From Octopus sinensis (taxonomy: Eukaryota), in contig NC_043009.1 of assembly GCF_006345805.1 (NCBI RefSeq), positions 56,172,001 to 56,236,000 of the forward strand: a stretch of 64,000 nt of DNA. Direction: 5' to 3'. The position numbers were made by a program, and so were the translations under genes. This document shows, piece after piece, positions 24,055-38,066 of the stretch; within the stretch, counting starts at the first letter, position 1, and each line of letters begins with the position of its first letter. The notes under the pieces were generated by a model. That model was not told where the DNA came from. It did no database searches and saw only the letters and a program-made list of their open reading frames with translations.

Positions 24055-24420
24055 GCTTTTTTGATATCTGTTTTCCATGCTCATATGGGTCAGACAGAGA
24101 TAAAGTGTATTGGCAAAGGTTCTCTACAGCCAGATACCTTTCCTGTCATCAACCCTTATCTCTTTCCAAAATAGGCAATTCTGTTTCTTCCCCCCCCCCC
24201 CCGTGGCCAGACATGATGTTCTTGCAGAATATTGGAAATAAACAATGCTGCTTATGTGGGAGTGACACTCATTTACAACTTTTGTGCAATGTCAAGACAT
24301 GGAGACATACATACACTCACCCACGCACACATACACACAACAGGCCTCTTTCCGTGACCATCAACCAAATCCACTTGTAAAACTTACTCAAAATGCCATG
24401 CGGCAGGATTAAGCCTGAAA
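24055..24420 (-). mobile_element. Family C-tail variant with a different body
   Basis: Degraded C-type tail plus body ccagacatgatgttcttgcagaatattggaaataaacaatgctg. Related copies at about 32690-32890 and 61315-61555 (opposite strand). Confidence 0.55.
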
Positions 24421-24475
24421 TGTGGTCGGGAAGTACATTTCTTAACCACACAGCCATGCCTGTGCTTTTGTTTAA

Positions 24476-24692
24476 CCCTTTCGTCTCCAACCGGCTGAAA
24501 CTGGCTCTGGCTCTGAGTACAAATGTCTTGTTTTCATAAGTTTTGAATTAAAATCTCCCACCAAATCTTAGTCACAATTTATGTTCCTAACACCAGCTTA
24601 ATGACAACTAAGTTATTTTACAAAATTCTTCGTTATATTTAAAGTAATTGAAAGAAACAGAGCTTCTCAAAATAAATACAGTAACAAAAAGG
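24476..24692. mobile_element. piggyBac-type MITE, second family
   Basis: TTAA|ccctttcgt at the left end, degenerate right end. Reverse complement of 58082-58302. Confidence 0.75.
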
Positions 24693-27600
24693 ATATATAT
24701 TTTATTTCGAAGAAAAATTATGCCCCTCCTGTCCCCATCCCCCATCTCACCCCTAAGATGAGCTCGCAATTCCCCAAGGGGACACTATTATCCAGGTTAA
24801 AGACCACAAAGTTAAAAGTCTCTACTACAAACTCTAGTGGGGGTTTAATGAGTTGGGATGTAGAAACCATGCAGGGAGAGGTTTGTTGAGGAAGAAAGAA
24901 TGCTGCTAACAAATTAGGGTAAGAAAGTACAGAACTGAACTATGAACTGTAGTTGTTGCTCATTAACCCAGGTCAGCCATGACCATCCCATCAGCTTTAT
25001 AACACTATAGAAGTAAATTATCTAATCTGTCCTTTTATTTATTTTTTCTTTTATCTAGTTTCAGCCCACAAGCTGTGGCCATGCTGGGGCACCACCATTT
25101 ATGTAAACCTTTTGTTATCATATTTCTCATGAAATACATCACCTTTATCTCAACTTCTAAAATAATGACAAATTTAGTAAAATAACTTTGTTGCTATTAT
25201 TAAAGCTAGTGCTTGAAACATAAGGTCACATAAAATTTAACTCACTTTAAATAGGAAGTTTGTATCTTAGAACCAGGGACAGTCTCAGGTAGCAGGGAGA
25301 GGATTAAGATAATAATATGTGATCTGAGAGAGATTTCTCTAACATTTCTGGCAAGTTGAATGAACAAATACAGCCTTGTTGGCTTGTTGATAAAGTCTAG
25401 TTTTTTTTCAGCTCAGGTGATTTACATTCAACTATGTATGTACACTACATGTTGAATTAGTACATTGATTATAAGCCAACTACACATCATTACCCCATTT
25501 ATCCTAGTTCATGTTAGAATTCGGCAGTATCATCATCACCACCATCATCATTATTTTATATCTGCTTTTCATACAGGCAAAGTTTGAATAGTTGTCACAA
25601 TCCAAATCAGTTTTTACTCAGAATTACTGCCTTCCTACACAGCTCAAAAGACCCCATTCACCCATATATTTCATCTTTTGATGGCTTGGACATTCTTCTT
25701 AACTACTACCTTCTCCATATAATGTCCTGGATGCATTTTTATGTCAGCACCAGCATCAGAGTTTGTCATTTCTTTGACAAAAGTGTCCTTTCAACCTTAA
25801 ATTTCTCTATTCGTTCACCAAAATCTATACAGGATGTATTGGGCATACAGACATACCTCAACTTATGTCATTTTAAATTACATCTTTTTTTCTTTTCTTT
25901 TAACCCTTTAATGGAATAAATAAACCTCAGCTTCGGTCAAGTTTATCTGACTTTACATCAATCTCAGCAAATGTTTAAAAAAAATTTTTTTAAATAAAAC
26001 ATCTAAAAACCAATACTCAAATGGAAAATCACATAAAATATGTGAAAATATGTACACACCATTTATTAAAACACATGAGTAATAAATTCTTTAAAATGAT
26101 TTTTTGTGATATGTAATTTTTCAAGTTAAGTCACATGTCTTGGAATCAATTACCAACATACGGTTCTACCTTACATCTGTAATTAGTATGCCTGTATTTT
26201 TATCATGGTACCAGTGCTCATGAGATTGCCTGGTATCTCAAAAGATTAGAGTCCTTGCTAACTACTCTCTGGTGTGTTCATTCGCTCAAGGCAAGTGACC
26301 AAGAATGTTGATAGAAAAGTGAGCTATAGTGGAAGAACCAGGATGGGTGGGTGGGTGGAGATAGCATGGGTATGGTGGTAAAAACAGAATGATTGGGATG
26401 ATAGAGTGGTGAAGATGGACTTTATTTATTTTAAATTTACTTTTTGCAGAAATAATAATTTTTTTTTTCATCTTTAGTAATTAGAATATTTATTTTTCAC
26501 TTTCATCATAAAAGCTTCTTTCATTAATAAAGTTAATAACTTACATCTCAGGATTTTCCCTCCCTCCCTTACAGTATATATATATATATTTTTCCCTTCC
26601 ACCTTACTGTCCCTTCACCCACCGACTATCTTCTAGAACTGACTGTAAGCAAAACTGAGGAATGTGGAATTTTCCAGACAGTTCTTAATGATAGGATAAA
26701 AGCATATTTGTTAAAGTTACAGGCCAACTTCTGTTGCTGCCTGCAGCTGGTAAGACATCTTCATTGGTGTCTTAGTCTATGGAATGTCTTCAGATCTATT
26801 AATGCCATCATCCAAATGTCATCTTCAGGCTAATTAAGAAACATCTATAAGTCACACAGTAGACATTTGTTCTATCTTTTAGAGCCAACTTTCAGTACAA
26901 AGTATTTTCATTTTACCAATGCCTTCAGTACATTTTATTTCCTTTTATTGCATTCTCTCTTTCTGTTCTATGACCCTTTTGATACCAACCCACCTGAGAT
27001 TGTCCCTGGTTCTGTGCTATAAACTTCCTGTTTTAAAGCAAACTAAATGAAAATTTCATGTTAATTTATCTTCCAACCACCAACTTAATAACGACAAAAT
27101 TATTTTTATAAATTCTTCATTATTGTCAAAATTAATTCAAAACAAAAGTAGTGTATTACAACAAACATATGGTAACAAAAGGAATAACAAGATAATGGTA
27201 GATTTTGTTCTTGAAATTCTTTTTATCGCTTTGTTGTCATCATATTAGTTTCAAGTTTTGACACAAGGGCCAAAACATTTGGGGGAGGTTATAAGTCAAT
27301 TACATTGATCCCAGTGCTCAACTGATGCTTATTTTGTCGACCTTGGTGGAATTTGTACTCAGAACATACAGACAGATGAAATGCTGCTAAGCATTTTGCC
27401 TGACATGCTGATTCTGCCAGCTCACCAACTTCTTTGCTGTCATTATAATTGATTTATGATAATACTTTCAAGATAGCAAAACCCATCTTGCACCTCTTTA
27501 ACTGTTTGATTATATCAATTATAATAGGATTATCTTTATCATATCTTCTTGAAGTAACAACATTGCATCAGTTCTAACAAGATTTGACTTAGTTTTAAAC

Positions 27601-28168
27601 CTCACTTGAGCTGTAGGACTCATAAGGTCAGGTCTTAACTCAGTTCCCATCGCATATAAGTGACTGAGATTACAACACTCCCTACCCCTGGACAGGATAT
27701 CAATCCCTCATAGAGTTAACTTCCCAGCTGGAACTCATTTACAGCTGAGTAGACTTGAGCAATGGCAAATGAGTTTTTTGCTCAAGAGCACAATGCATTA
27801 CTCAGTCCTGTCATTGAAACCACAATGTTAAATTTCCTTGTTGACATTATGGCCAGATGCTTTACACTTTCAAAGAACAGTCGAATGAAAAAAAATCCCT
27901 AGTAAAATAGGTGTTGGAAGAATGCAAGGAGCGAATCCAGCAATAAAATTTGACTTCAAATAAATTCTTGTCTAACCTATAAAAAATGGACATTAAATGA
28001 ACAATAGGTTGTTCATTCTTCCGGTCCTTCCAAGTCCATTTCTTTACTTATTGGTGGTACTACACTGCACTGTACTAAGTTATGAGGACATAAACATACC
28101 AACACTGGTTATCAGGTGGTGATGAGGGGACAAACACAGACACAAACACACACACATATACACATATA

Positions 28169-28443
28169 TACATTATATATGTCCCATCCTGATGATGGAT
28201 AATATATGTGAATGTATGTTTGTATGTATGGATGTCCACTTAGTGGTCATCCCTCTTGTATGTATATATATATGTGAATGTATGTTTGTATGTATGGATG
28301 TCCACTTAGTGGTCATCCCTCTTGTATGTATATATATATATATATACATACAAGAGGGATGGCCACTAAGTGGACATCCATACATACAAACATACATTCA
28401 CATATATTATCCATCATCAGGATGGGACATATATAATGTATAT
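28169..28443. repeat. Long palindrome centred on (TA)9 with a 66-bp tandem duplication in the left arm
   Basis: The right arm 28347-28443 is the reverse complement of the left arm (one mismatch seen). The unit starting gtgaatg occurs at 28208 and 28274. Confidence 0.9.
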
Positions 28444-29029
28444 GTGTGTGTGTGTTTGTGTATATATATATATATATATATGCCTTTTATAATAAGAGAT
28501 ATATGAGAGTTTTCTATTTTCATCAACTGAAAATGTATATACCAAGTAATGTGGTTTCTCCTTAAGGGCAATATCTAAATACACTTTGGCTGTTTAATGT
28601 TATCTATCTCATTATCATGCGAATAAGCATCAGGGAAAATTTTTTTAATTTGAGGGAATATTAACCTTAATGAATCCGATGAACCCATTAGTATGTTAAT
28701 TAGTGCATTGCGAGATGCTTGTAGTTAGGTACTTACACATTCCTCTCATTATTGTTAATGTAGTTGTCATCGTTATTATTGTTGTTGTGCAACTGCTTAT
28801 CTTTGCTGGGGGGTGGGGTGGGGGGTTTCCTTAGCCTCCTGTTGGCAACATTTTCTCCTTTTTCCTGCCCGTCTGTTTTCACTTTCTCCCCTCTTTTCCC
28901 TCCTCCCTCACCTCTTCTCAATCTGTCTTTTGCTCTCCTTCTCTCTCTCTTTTTCCCTTTTAGTTTAATTGTTTATTGGTATCCATCAAGTTATAAATAT
29001 ATTGTGTGTGTGTGTGTGTATATCTCTAA

Positions 29030-29165
29030 TTTAATTTATATATATATGTATATATATATTATATATATATATATATATAACCCGTGCTAGCGAGGAAAAC
29101 GGACGTTAAACGATGATGATGATGTATATATATATATGTATATATATATATGTATATATATATTG

Positions 29166-29196
<31 letters not shown>

Positions 29197-29366
29197 GTAT
29201 ATATATATGTATATATAATATATATGTATATATGTATATATATATATGTATATATATACTTTGATACTTTGATAGGTTTTGGCCATTATTGGCCCAGGCC
29301 ATGTCTATATATGTATATGTATATATATATATATGTATATATATGTATATGTATATATATATGTAT

Positions 29367-29398
<32 letters not shown>

Positions 29399-30182
29399 GT
29401 ATGTATATATATATGTATATATATATGTATATATATGTATATATATATATATATATATGAGCTGAAACTGGAATCAATCAATCAATCAATCATATATATA
29501 TATAGTATATATATATTATATATATATGTAATATATATGTATATATATATATATATATTTATAAATATATGTATATATGTATATATATATATAAATATAT
29601 GTATATATATGATATATATATATATATGTATATATATGTATAATATATATGTATATATATGTATAATATGTATATATATATATGTATATATATGTATATA
29701 TATATATGTATATATATGTATATATAATATATATATATATGTGTGTGTGTATATGTATATGTATATGTATATATGTGTATATATCTGTATATATATATAT
29801 ATGTGCATATATATATATGTATATATGTATATAATATATATGTATATATATGTACATATAAATAAACATGTAAGTATAGTTGTGTACGTGTGTGTATTCC
29901 TGTGGCATGTATTCAGCTTATCTCAGTTTAGCAGTTCTAAAACAAACTAGTTCTAGATGAAGGGTGTTGATTGTCTACTCTTGTGGTCAATTATGGTGGT
30001 AGTGATGGTGGTCGCAGCAATGGTGGAATGGCTAATATTGCTGCTTATTTGTCGAAATATCAACTGCGACAACTACTTGCTTTCTGTTCAAGGTCACAAG
30101 CAACTAAAACTGATGAAATTTTACTTATTGTCTCCTTTAACCCTGTCTTGACTATAAATGTCATGTGATTTTGGATTTATAG

Positions 30183-30248
<66 letters not shown>

Positions 30249-30405
30249 GGTGCAGGCATGGCTGTGTAGTAAGAAGCTCGCTTCCCACCTCATGGTTCCG
30301 AGTTCAGTCCAACTGTGTGGCACCTTGGGCAAGTCTCTTCTACTATAGCCTCAAGCTAACCAATGCCTTGTAAGTGGATTTGGTAGAAACTGAAAGAAGC
30401 CCACC

Positions 30406-30438
<33 letters not shown>

Positions 30439-30454
30439 ACATATATACATATAC

Positions 30455-30522
<68 letters not shown>

Positions 30523-30646
30523 TATACACATACATATATACATATACATATATACATATACATACATATATATACATATATATTACATATATACATATAT
30601 ATATACATATATATACATATATATACATATATATACATATATATAT

Positions 30647-30686
<40 letters not shown>

Positions 30687-30695
30687 TATATACAT

Positions 30696-30762
<67 letters not shown>

Positions 30763-30770
30763 TGTGTGTG
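29030..30770. repeat. Very long (TA)n/(TATG)n/(TG)n microsatellite field
   Basis: Directly visible. Interrupted by short unique islands and a family A head (30247-30407). Confidence 0.97.
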
Positions 30771-30775
30771 TGGTG

Positions 30776-31344
30776 TGCAAGAGAGACGATTGCGCTGGTA
30801 TGGTCATGTGGCGAGAATGGATGAAGATAGGTGTGTGAAAAAGTGCCAATCCCTAGCAGTGGAGGGAACCCGTGGAAGAGGTAGACCCAGGGAAACTCGG
30901 GACGAGGTGGTGAAGCATGATCTTCGAACTTTAGGTCTCACTGAGGAAATGACCAGTGACTGAGACCTTTGGAAATATGCTGTGCGTGAAAAGACCAGGC
31001 AGGACAAGTGAGTCCAGCCCACTTATGCATGCCTTTCCTCCCTTGGACACACAAGGACCTGTTGAGGCAAGCGAAGTTGATATCGAACCTCATCCAACGA
31101 CAGGCACCTATGTCAACCCCGATTTGCTTGCGAAGACCTGTTGGGGCAAATGAAATCGATTCGGCCACGATTCGGATGGTGCTTTTTACATGCCACCGAC
31201 ACGGAAGCCAGTCGAGGCGGTGCTGGCATCGGCCACGATTCGGATAGTGCTTTTTACGTATCTCCAGTCCAGGCGTCCTGGCATCTGCCGGGTGCCAGTC
31301 ATAGGATTGGTTCAATTTCGATTCCGATTCCGATTTCGATTTCA
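30776..31344 (+). mobile_element. RTE LINE 3' end with well-preserved ORF terminus and 3' UTR
   Basis: [50 protein letters not shown], then a UTR with repeated gtgctttttac units and a (GATTTC)-like tail. Confidence 0.88.
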
Positions 31345-31656
31345 CCTAGTACTTATTCTATCGGTCTCTTTTGCCAAAATGCTAAGTTATGAGGACATAA
31401 ACATACCAACACTGGTTATCAGGTGGTCATGAGGGGACAAACACAGACACAAACACACACATATATACATTATATATATAATTATATATTATATATATAA
31501 TTATATACATTATATATATAATTATATATAATGTATATATGTGTGTGTTTGTGTCTGTGTTTGTCCCCTCATGACCACCTGATAACCAGTGTTGGTATGT
31601 TTATGTCCTCATAACTTAGCATTTTGGCAAAAGAGACCGATAGAATAAGTACTAGG
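31345..31656. repeat. Perfect palindrome of a family A SINE segment
   Basis: Arms of about 135 bp (cctagtacttattc...tacattatatata and its exact reverse complement) around a short AT-rich spacer. Confidence 0.93.
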
Positions 31657-31784
31657 CTTTAAGAAAAATAAATCCTTTGGTCGATTTGTTTCACTAAAAC
31701 CCTTCAAGTCAGCACTCCAGCATGGCTGTAGTCAAATGACTGAAACAAGTAAAAGAATAAAGAAAGAAAGAATACCAATGTAAC

Positions 31785-32135
31785 AGAAGTCATGTAGCTA
31801 TGTCACAAATATAGCTGTAACACAACTGTAGCTTCATTACAAAAAGTGTAGCTGTCACAACAGCTGTAACTATGTTACAGCTATAGCTATTGTATCACGG
31901 CAGCTGTAGTTATGTAACAAGAACTGTAGCTATATCCCAACTGTAGATATGTTACAAATGTAGCTGTCTTACAACAGCCATAATAGTCATAACACCTGTT
32001 GCTATATCATAATAACAGTAGCTATTTGGGAGCTAAACTTTTTGACAGCAACTTTAACTATGTCACAACTATAGCTATGTCACAACCACTATAGCTGTGT
32101 CAAAACCACTATAGCTATGTCATAACTACTATTCC
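31785..32135. repeat. Degenerate minisatellite (gtagctatgtcacaa-like units)
   Basis: Many imperfect tagct / gtcacaa units with irregular period. Confidence 0.75.
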
Positions 32136-33484
32136 TGTATCATATTTTCTACTTTACTACTAATGAAAATGGTTTATACTTTAGTTTTGAGATGAGTTCT
32201 TAGGGTCTTCTTTAATTATGGTCTTATGCCTCTTAGATACAGTTTTCATATTCCAAATTCTTACAATTTCAAATTTTAAGGGATTGTATTTATTATTATT
32301 ATTATTATTTTCATTATACAGTATGGATCTGAAATGTATTTTTTCTCTCTACTTTGAACTGCCAATCCTTAACGAATGGCCTGAGACAGAGAGTATTTTT
32401 CTAAGAACGTGTTTTTTCAAGTTGGTTAGATTTTTGGAACACTTGCATATCTGTTTTGATATTCAACCATTCCAGGTGATGTGATAGATTGGGTGGGGTG
32501 GGGGGTTGAACTTAATGCCCTGATATTAACTAGTAAGATATTTCCTTTTACTCCTGGATATCCCTACGTTCTTGATATTCTCTTTTTTTTAATCCAGTGG
32601 CTTTTCAAATCTTTTTCTTCTTCTTTGCTTACAATTTTTTTTTTTTTTAAGGGATCGTTATATCATTATTGTCATTACCATCATCATGTTAATATCCACT
32701 TTTCTATACTCGCATGGTTTTGACAGAACTCATTGAGGCAAATTTTCTGCGGATGGATGTCCTGTCAGTAATCCTTGCCTGTTTTACAAACAAGGTGATA
32801 TTGCCCCATGGTTGAATGGACATGTTTTCCTGAAAGATTGGAAACAAACAACACTGTTCATGTGAAGGTTACACTTAATTACAATTTCAGCATCTAATTC
32901 CACCTTTCTCTTTTTTGCCAAGTCCTGCCAGTGTTAATAAGGACCAGTTATATGCTGATGTCATTCCATTTGAGTATAACCCTTTTCTTATGACTTAGCT
33001 TACTGAAACAATAGGGTTTCTACATAGTTGCTCATTCTCCTAAAAATAACAGTCAAAATGTCCTCAAACCACACCCTGCCATCTAAACAAAAGATACTGT
33101 AATCTTGGTTACAAATGTTTAAAAATTTATACCAAAGAGAACAAAAACAGGATGGTCATAAGCAGAATGTGTTTGTTCACAAGATCAGGGTTGACTTGGA
33201 GCTAAAAAAAAACAAAAACAAAAGATCAAAAATTATTTGCTTCCATAGTTTTTCACCCAATTCACATCCTGTTCTTGTTCCAGATGAATATTTATATATT
33301 TTCTGAAATTCAGGTGTGTTTTAGATGTCCTCTGTAATTACCATATGAATGCGCCTACCTTGTGACACTCTTAAATATGCAGATTATAAGGCATGATGAT
33401 GATGGTGACGATGACAAAGATTACTCTTGTTTATATATTTCCAATGTAATGTTGAAGGAACAAGAAAACCAACATAATTACATT

Positions 33485-33690
33485 GACACTCTGGCACCTG
33501 TGTCGGTGGCATGTAAAAAGCACGCACTACACTCAAGGAGTGGTTAGCATTAGGAAGGGCATCCAGCTGTAGAAACACTGCCTGATCTGACTGGGCCTGG
33601 TGCAGCCTTCGGGCTTCCCAGACCCCAGTTGAACCGTCCAACCCATGCTGGCATGGAAAGCGGACGTTAAACAATGGTGATGATGATGAT
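33485..33690 (+). mobile_element. Family C copy
   Basis: gtaaaaagcac...ggaagggcatccagctgtagaaac...gcggacgttaaacaatggtgatgatgatga, followed by a TA run. Confidence 0.82.
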
Positions 33691-33739
33691 ATTTATATAT
33701 ATGTGTGTATGTATATATATATATATATGCATGTTAATG

Positions 33740-33883
33740 CATGTCCCACGTTGGACTCCTCACTTGTATCATTATTGAGCCTGGAGCTTAACCATGGTCT
33801 ATCCATAGCACTTACTTAGCGTTTACCCGATACCTTTTGGGTCTTCCTGGCGCCAATACCTTTCATACCCTATATATATATAG

Positions 33884-33925
<42 letters not shown>

Positions 33926-34180
33926 AGCCTGCTCATGAAATTAACGTGCAAGTGACTGAGCAATCCACAGACACGCATACCCCTAACGTAGTTCTCATGG
34001 AGATTCAGCATGACACAAAGTGTGACAAGGCTAGCCCTTTGAAATACAGGTGCAACTCATTTTTGCCAGCTGAGTGGACTGGAGCAACATGAAATAAAGT
34101 GTCTTGCTCAAGAACACAACCCATCGCCGGGAATCAAACTCACCACCTTACAATCGTGAGCCGAATGCCCTAACCACTGG
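33740..34180 (-). mobile_element. SINE with family D head and core plus a family E-type 3' body
   Basis: Core ctgagtggactggagcaacatgaaataaagtgtcttgctcaag joined to ctgctcatgaaattaacgtgcaagtg...ccctttgaaatacagg, which also occurs in 35650-36030. Confidence 0.7.
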
Positions 34181-34182
34181 TG

Positions 34183-34245
<63 letters not shown>

Positions 34246-34707
34246 TAAAGAGTGTTGGAGTTTGCTTGAAGCATTCTGATACAGGATTAAGATAACAAAA
34301 AAAATAGAGAGCTTCTAATGTTTCTTATTGTTATTTTAAATGCACACACACACACACACACACACACATAGCACCATAAAACCATAAAAGCTCATTAAAA
34401 ACTATATTATACCAAATATTTAAATTTGTGAACTTGAAATATCCAATAATAAAAGGAAATTCAGAACATAAATTTCTCCAAAACTTCAATTTATAAAAAA
34501 ATTTCACTTGCTTAGTAAGTATTTCTTTCAATAATTTTATTGTAGTTGTTATATATCTCTAATTTAAACAAACTTCAAGCTAACCCGACTACATTTAGCA
34601 TTCTAGAAATAGCAGTGATCACATAGTTATTATTGTAAGGCTTATAGCATTCCAAACAGCCATACCAACAAAATCACTTCTTAATTTAAAAAAAAATTAA
34701 TTAACTA

Positions 34708-35102
34708 GACGCAGGAGTGGCTGTGTGGTAAGTAGCTTGCTTACCAACCACATGGTTCCGGGTTCAGTCCCACTGCGTGGCATCTTGGGCAAGTGTCTTC
34801 TGCTATAGCCCCGGGCTGACCAATGCCTTGTGAGTGGATTTGGTAGACGGAAACTGAAAGAAGCCAGTCATATATATGTATATATATATATATGTATATG
34901 TGTTTGTGTTTGTCCCCCTAGCATTGCTTGACAACCGATGCTGGTGTGTTTATGTCCCCGTCACTTAGCGGTTTGGCAAAAGAAACCGATAGAATAAGTA
35001 CTGGGCTTACAAAGAATAAGTCCCGGTGTCGAGTTGCTCGACTAAAGGCGGTGCTCCAGCATGGCCGCAGCCAAATGACTGAAACAAGTAAAAGAGAAAG
35101 AG
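34708..35102 (+). mobile_element. Family A SINE, full length
   Basis: Nearly identical to 4328-4729. Confidence 0.9.
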
Positions 35103-35649
35103 ATATTTAAAAAATTATCATTTTTTCAAAAAATATTCATTAAACAAACTCCAGAGACCGATATCATTCTTGAAATTGTGCCTCGTATCTTAAGCCTCAA
35201 AGTTATACAGCTATTTTGTCTATTAGCATTCATTCATTCAATAAACAATTTCTTTACATTACATATATAGAATAAACAGTGGGTTTTGCAAATTGCAAAT
35301 TAAAACTTGAATTAAAAACATTATAAAAACTAAATATATATTAAATTATCATTAATGAAAATAGAGGCAAGAGAGAGTGAGTGACTGTTGCAAATGAATA
35401 ATATTGTTTATTAAAAATTAAAATCTATTCTGCAGTGAATGCATCGAATATTTAAATTTGTGAAAAACTTCTAGTTCAAATATGCAATAAACTTCAGAAA
35501 TTGAAATACAGGAAATTTCTTGGAACATGAATTAAAAAAAAAAAATTTCCTGATGGTCAAGCCTTTCATAATTGCTTTCTTTTAGTAACTGTTACATACC
35601 TAATTAATAAGCAGCCTTCTCCATTATGATATAGATATAATATAATAAT

Positions 35650-36030
35650 AGTGGAGGTGAAATGGCCCAGTGGCTAGGGCAGCAGACTTGCGGTTATAGG
35701 ATTGCAGTTTCCATTCCCAGACAGGGTATTGTGAGTGTTTATTGACCGAAAACACCCAAAGCTCCATGAGGCTCCGGCAAGGGGTGGTGGCAAACCCTGC
35801 TGTACTCTTTCACCACAACTTTCTCGCACTCTTTCTTCCTGTTTCTGTTGTACCTGTATTTCAAAGGGTCAGCCTTGTCACACTGTGTCACGATGAATCT
35901 CCCCGATAACTATGTTAAAGGTACACGTGTCTGTGAAGTGCTCAGCCACTTGAACATTAATTTCATGAGCAGGCTGTTCGGATCAACTGGATCCCTCGTT
36001 GTTATAACCGACTGAGTTCCACAATAGATA
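35650..36030 (+). mobile_element. Family E tRNA-derived SINE
   Basis: Head gtggaggtgaaatggcccagtggctagggcagc, shared with 41595-41891. Confidence 0.78.
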
Positions 36031-36508
36031 TAATATAGATGATAGATGATTGAAATTGTTTACAAGTGCTTGGTTGTGTGATTAAGAAGGTTGCACATGA
36101 TTTCAGATTCATTTCATTTGGAATTATTTTTTCATCTTCTTGTTTCACTCAGTGGACTGCAACCATGCTGCGGCATCACATGGTTCTTTTTTTTTAAAGT
36201 CTAGTACATGTTCTTTCTGACCCATTTGCTAAACTGCTAAGTTACAGAGACATAAACAAACCAACACTGGTTGTTAAGCAGTGCAGAGACAAACACATGC
36301 ACACATATGCACATATGTGTGACAGACTTCCATATAGTTTTTGTCTACTAAATTCACTCACAGGGCATTGGTCAGCTCTTCTTAACCACAACTATTCCTG
36401 CACCTGTCCACTTCTCATCAGTTTGTTATTTACATTTTTTTTTAATGCTTTTCCTTATTTTCTTCCATTCTGTAACAAATTATTGACTACTTTATTATTT
36501 CCTTTCAG

Positions 36509-36633
36509 ATTTCACCAAGCCTACTATTACTTCATCTAAGTTTAATGACAGTGTATCAGAACTTGTGTTGGACGCTGGAGATAACCTCACTCTTACCTGC
36601 ACAGGTACCAGCCGAGTAAAATGGGAAATTCCA
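36509..36633 (+). CDS. Pvr: PDGF/VEGF receptor-like RTK, first visible coding exon (Ig1 N-terminal half)
   Basis: Acceptor cctttcag at 36508 and donor gtaag at 36634. Reads (D)FTKPTITSSKFNDSVSELVLDAGDNLTLTCTGTSRVKWEIP, with the Ig B-strand Cys (LTLTC) and C-strand Trp. Starts in phase 1, ends in phase 0. Confidence 0.9.
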
Positions 36634-38066
36634 GTAAGTTTCCTTTATGGATTTAATTTCACCTTCTTAACTTCTTAACTCCATCTGGGATTGTGACAAT
36701 GAGCTAGCATAAGGGTAAATGTTATCTCATTGTAGTTTTAGATCAGGCGTGGACAACCTTTTTTGTGAAGCAGGCCACATGAGATATGGCTCATCATTAG
36801 ATTGATTTCAGTACTAAAAAAAAAAATTCAAGGTAATTTTTCATTAGGTATGCCATTCAGAAAGTCCCCTGGGCTATATGTTGCTAATGACTGTTTTAGA
36901 TATTAGTAATTAATCCTGGTTCTAAGATTACATACTTCTTGTTGAATGGCAATGAAAGGACTCTGACAAACCTAGCTGATTGACCAAATGATTAATCAAA
37001 TGATCAGTTCAATAATTGGTTTAATGGTTAACTAATTGACAAAAGAATTTAAATAGAAATTAAATAGAACCACTGCATATGTTTACTATTGGCATAACGA
37101 CCCTCCCAGTATGCAAGATTTGTTTCAACACACAATTTGACATCAAGAACCTTGTAAACCAAACACGAAAACTAAATAAAACCTTCCATCAAAATTTCAT
37201 TTTAATTCATGTTCAAGGCGGCGAGCTGGCAGAAACGTTAGCACGCCGGGCAAAATGCTTAGCGGTATTTCGTCTGCGTTACGTTGTGAGTTCAAAGACA
37301 AAATTTAAAAAATTAAGAGGTTCTTTTTATAAAAAAAAAAAAAAGTGAAAGGATATAAAAGAAATAAAAGCAAATACTTTAAAAGAAAATTAAGAACATC
37401 ACTGTTTACCAATTCAAAAATCTAAAGTACTTCAAAGTTAAAACTAAAAAATTGAGCAAATTACTAGATGTGACCCCAGCATGACCACAATCTGTAGCTG
37501 GAACAAGTTAAAGTAAAACCATGTAAAGCAACTGTTAACAAATGACCATTTTAAAAGAAATAATATGAATTAGATACATAAGCCTACACTTTGAGATTAA
37601 AGCATTGATTGAATATAAAATTGAAACAAATATAACATGACTAATGACATTAAATGAAACATAAATTATCTTGCAAACTATTGAAAAGTTTATCCTCACG
37701 GAATTTATTAGTGGAACATTCTAGCCTTAGAAGGAGAGTTAAAGCAAAAGCACAAATCCTAAATTTAGTAACATTTTTACTCTTAGAATTGCCTCTAGAA
37801 GAACCTCCTTTATAGAATCAATAGGATCATTAGAGAGTTGGAAAAATACCTTGCAATAATTGTTCCTGTTCTTTACTTTCAAATGCTGCTAGAGTTAACT
37901 TTGCCTTTTTTTTTCTTTAGTCCATAAAATAAAGTACCTTTTTAGTGCTGGGATCAATGTAATCAATTACTCTTTCCTTCAAAACAAGTTTTGGGAGAAG
38001 GGGGAGCAATGTAACTGGCTAGCCCCCTCCCCCAAATTTCAGGCCTTGTGCCTATAGTAGAAGGGG

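Noticed and set aside
29957-30151. Hydrophobic ORF MKGVDCLLLWSIMVVVMVVAA as the first exon
   Set aside because: The hydrophobic run comes from a (GTG/ATG) low-complexity tract, and there is no convincing phase-1 donor.
29059-30849. Long ORFs rich in Y, I, M, C, H (for example 29279-29950, 223 aa)
   Set aside because: They are translations of (TA)n/(TATG)n microsatellites, which lack stop codons; no coding signal.
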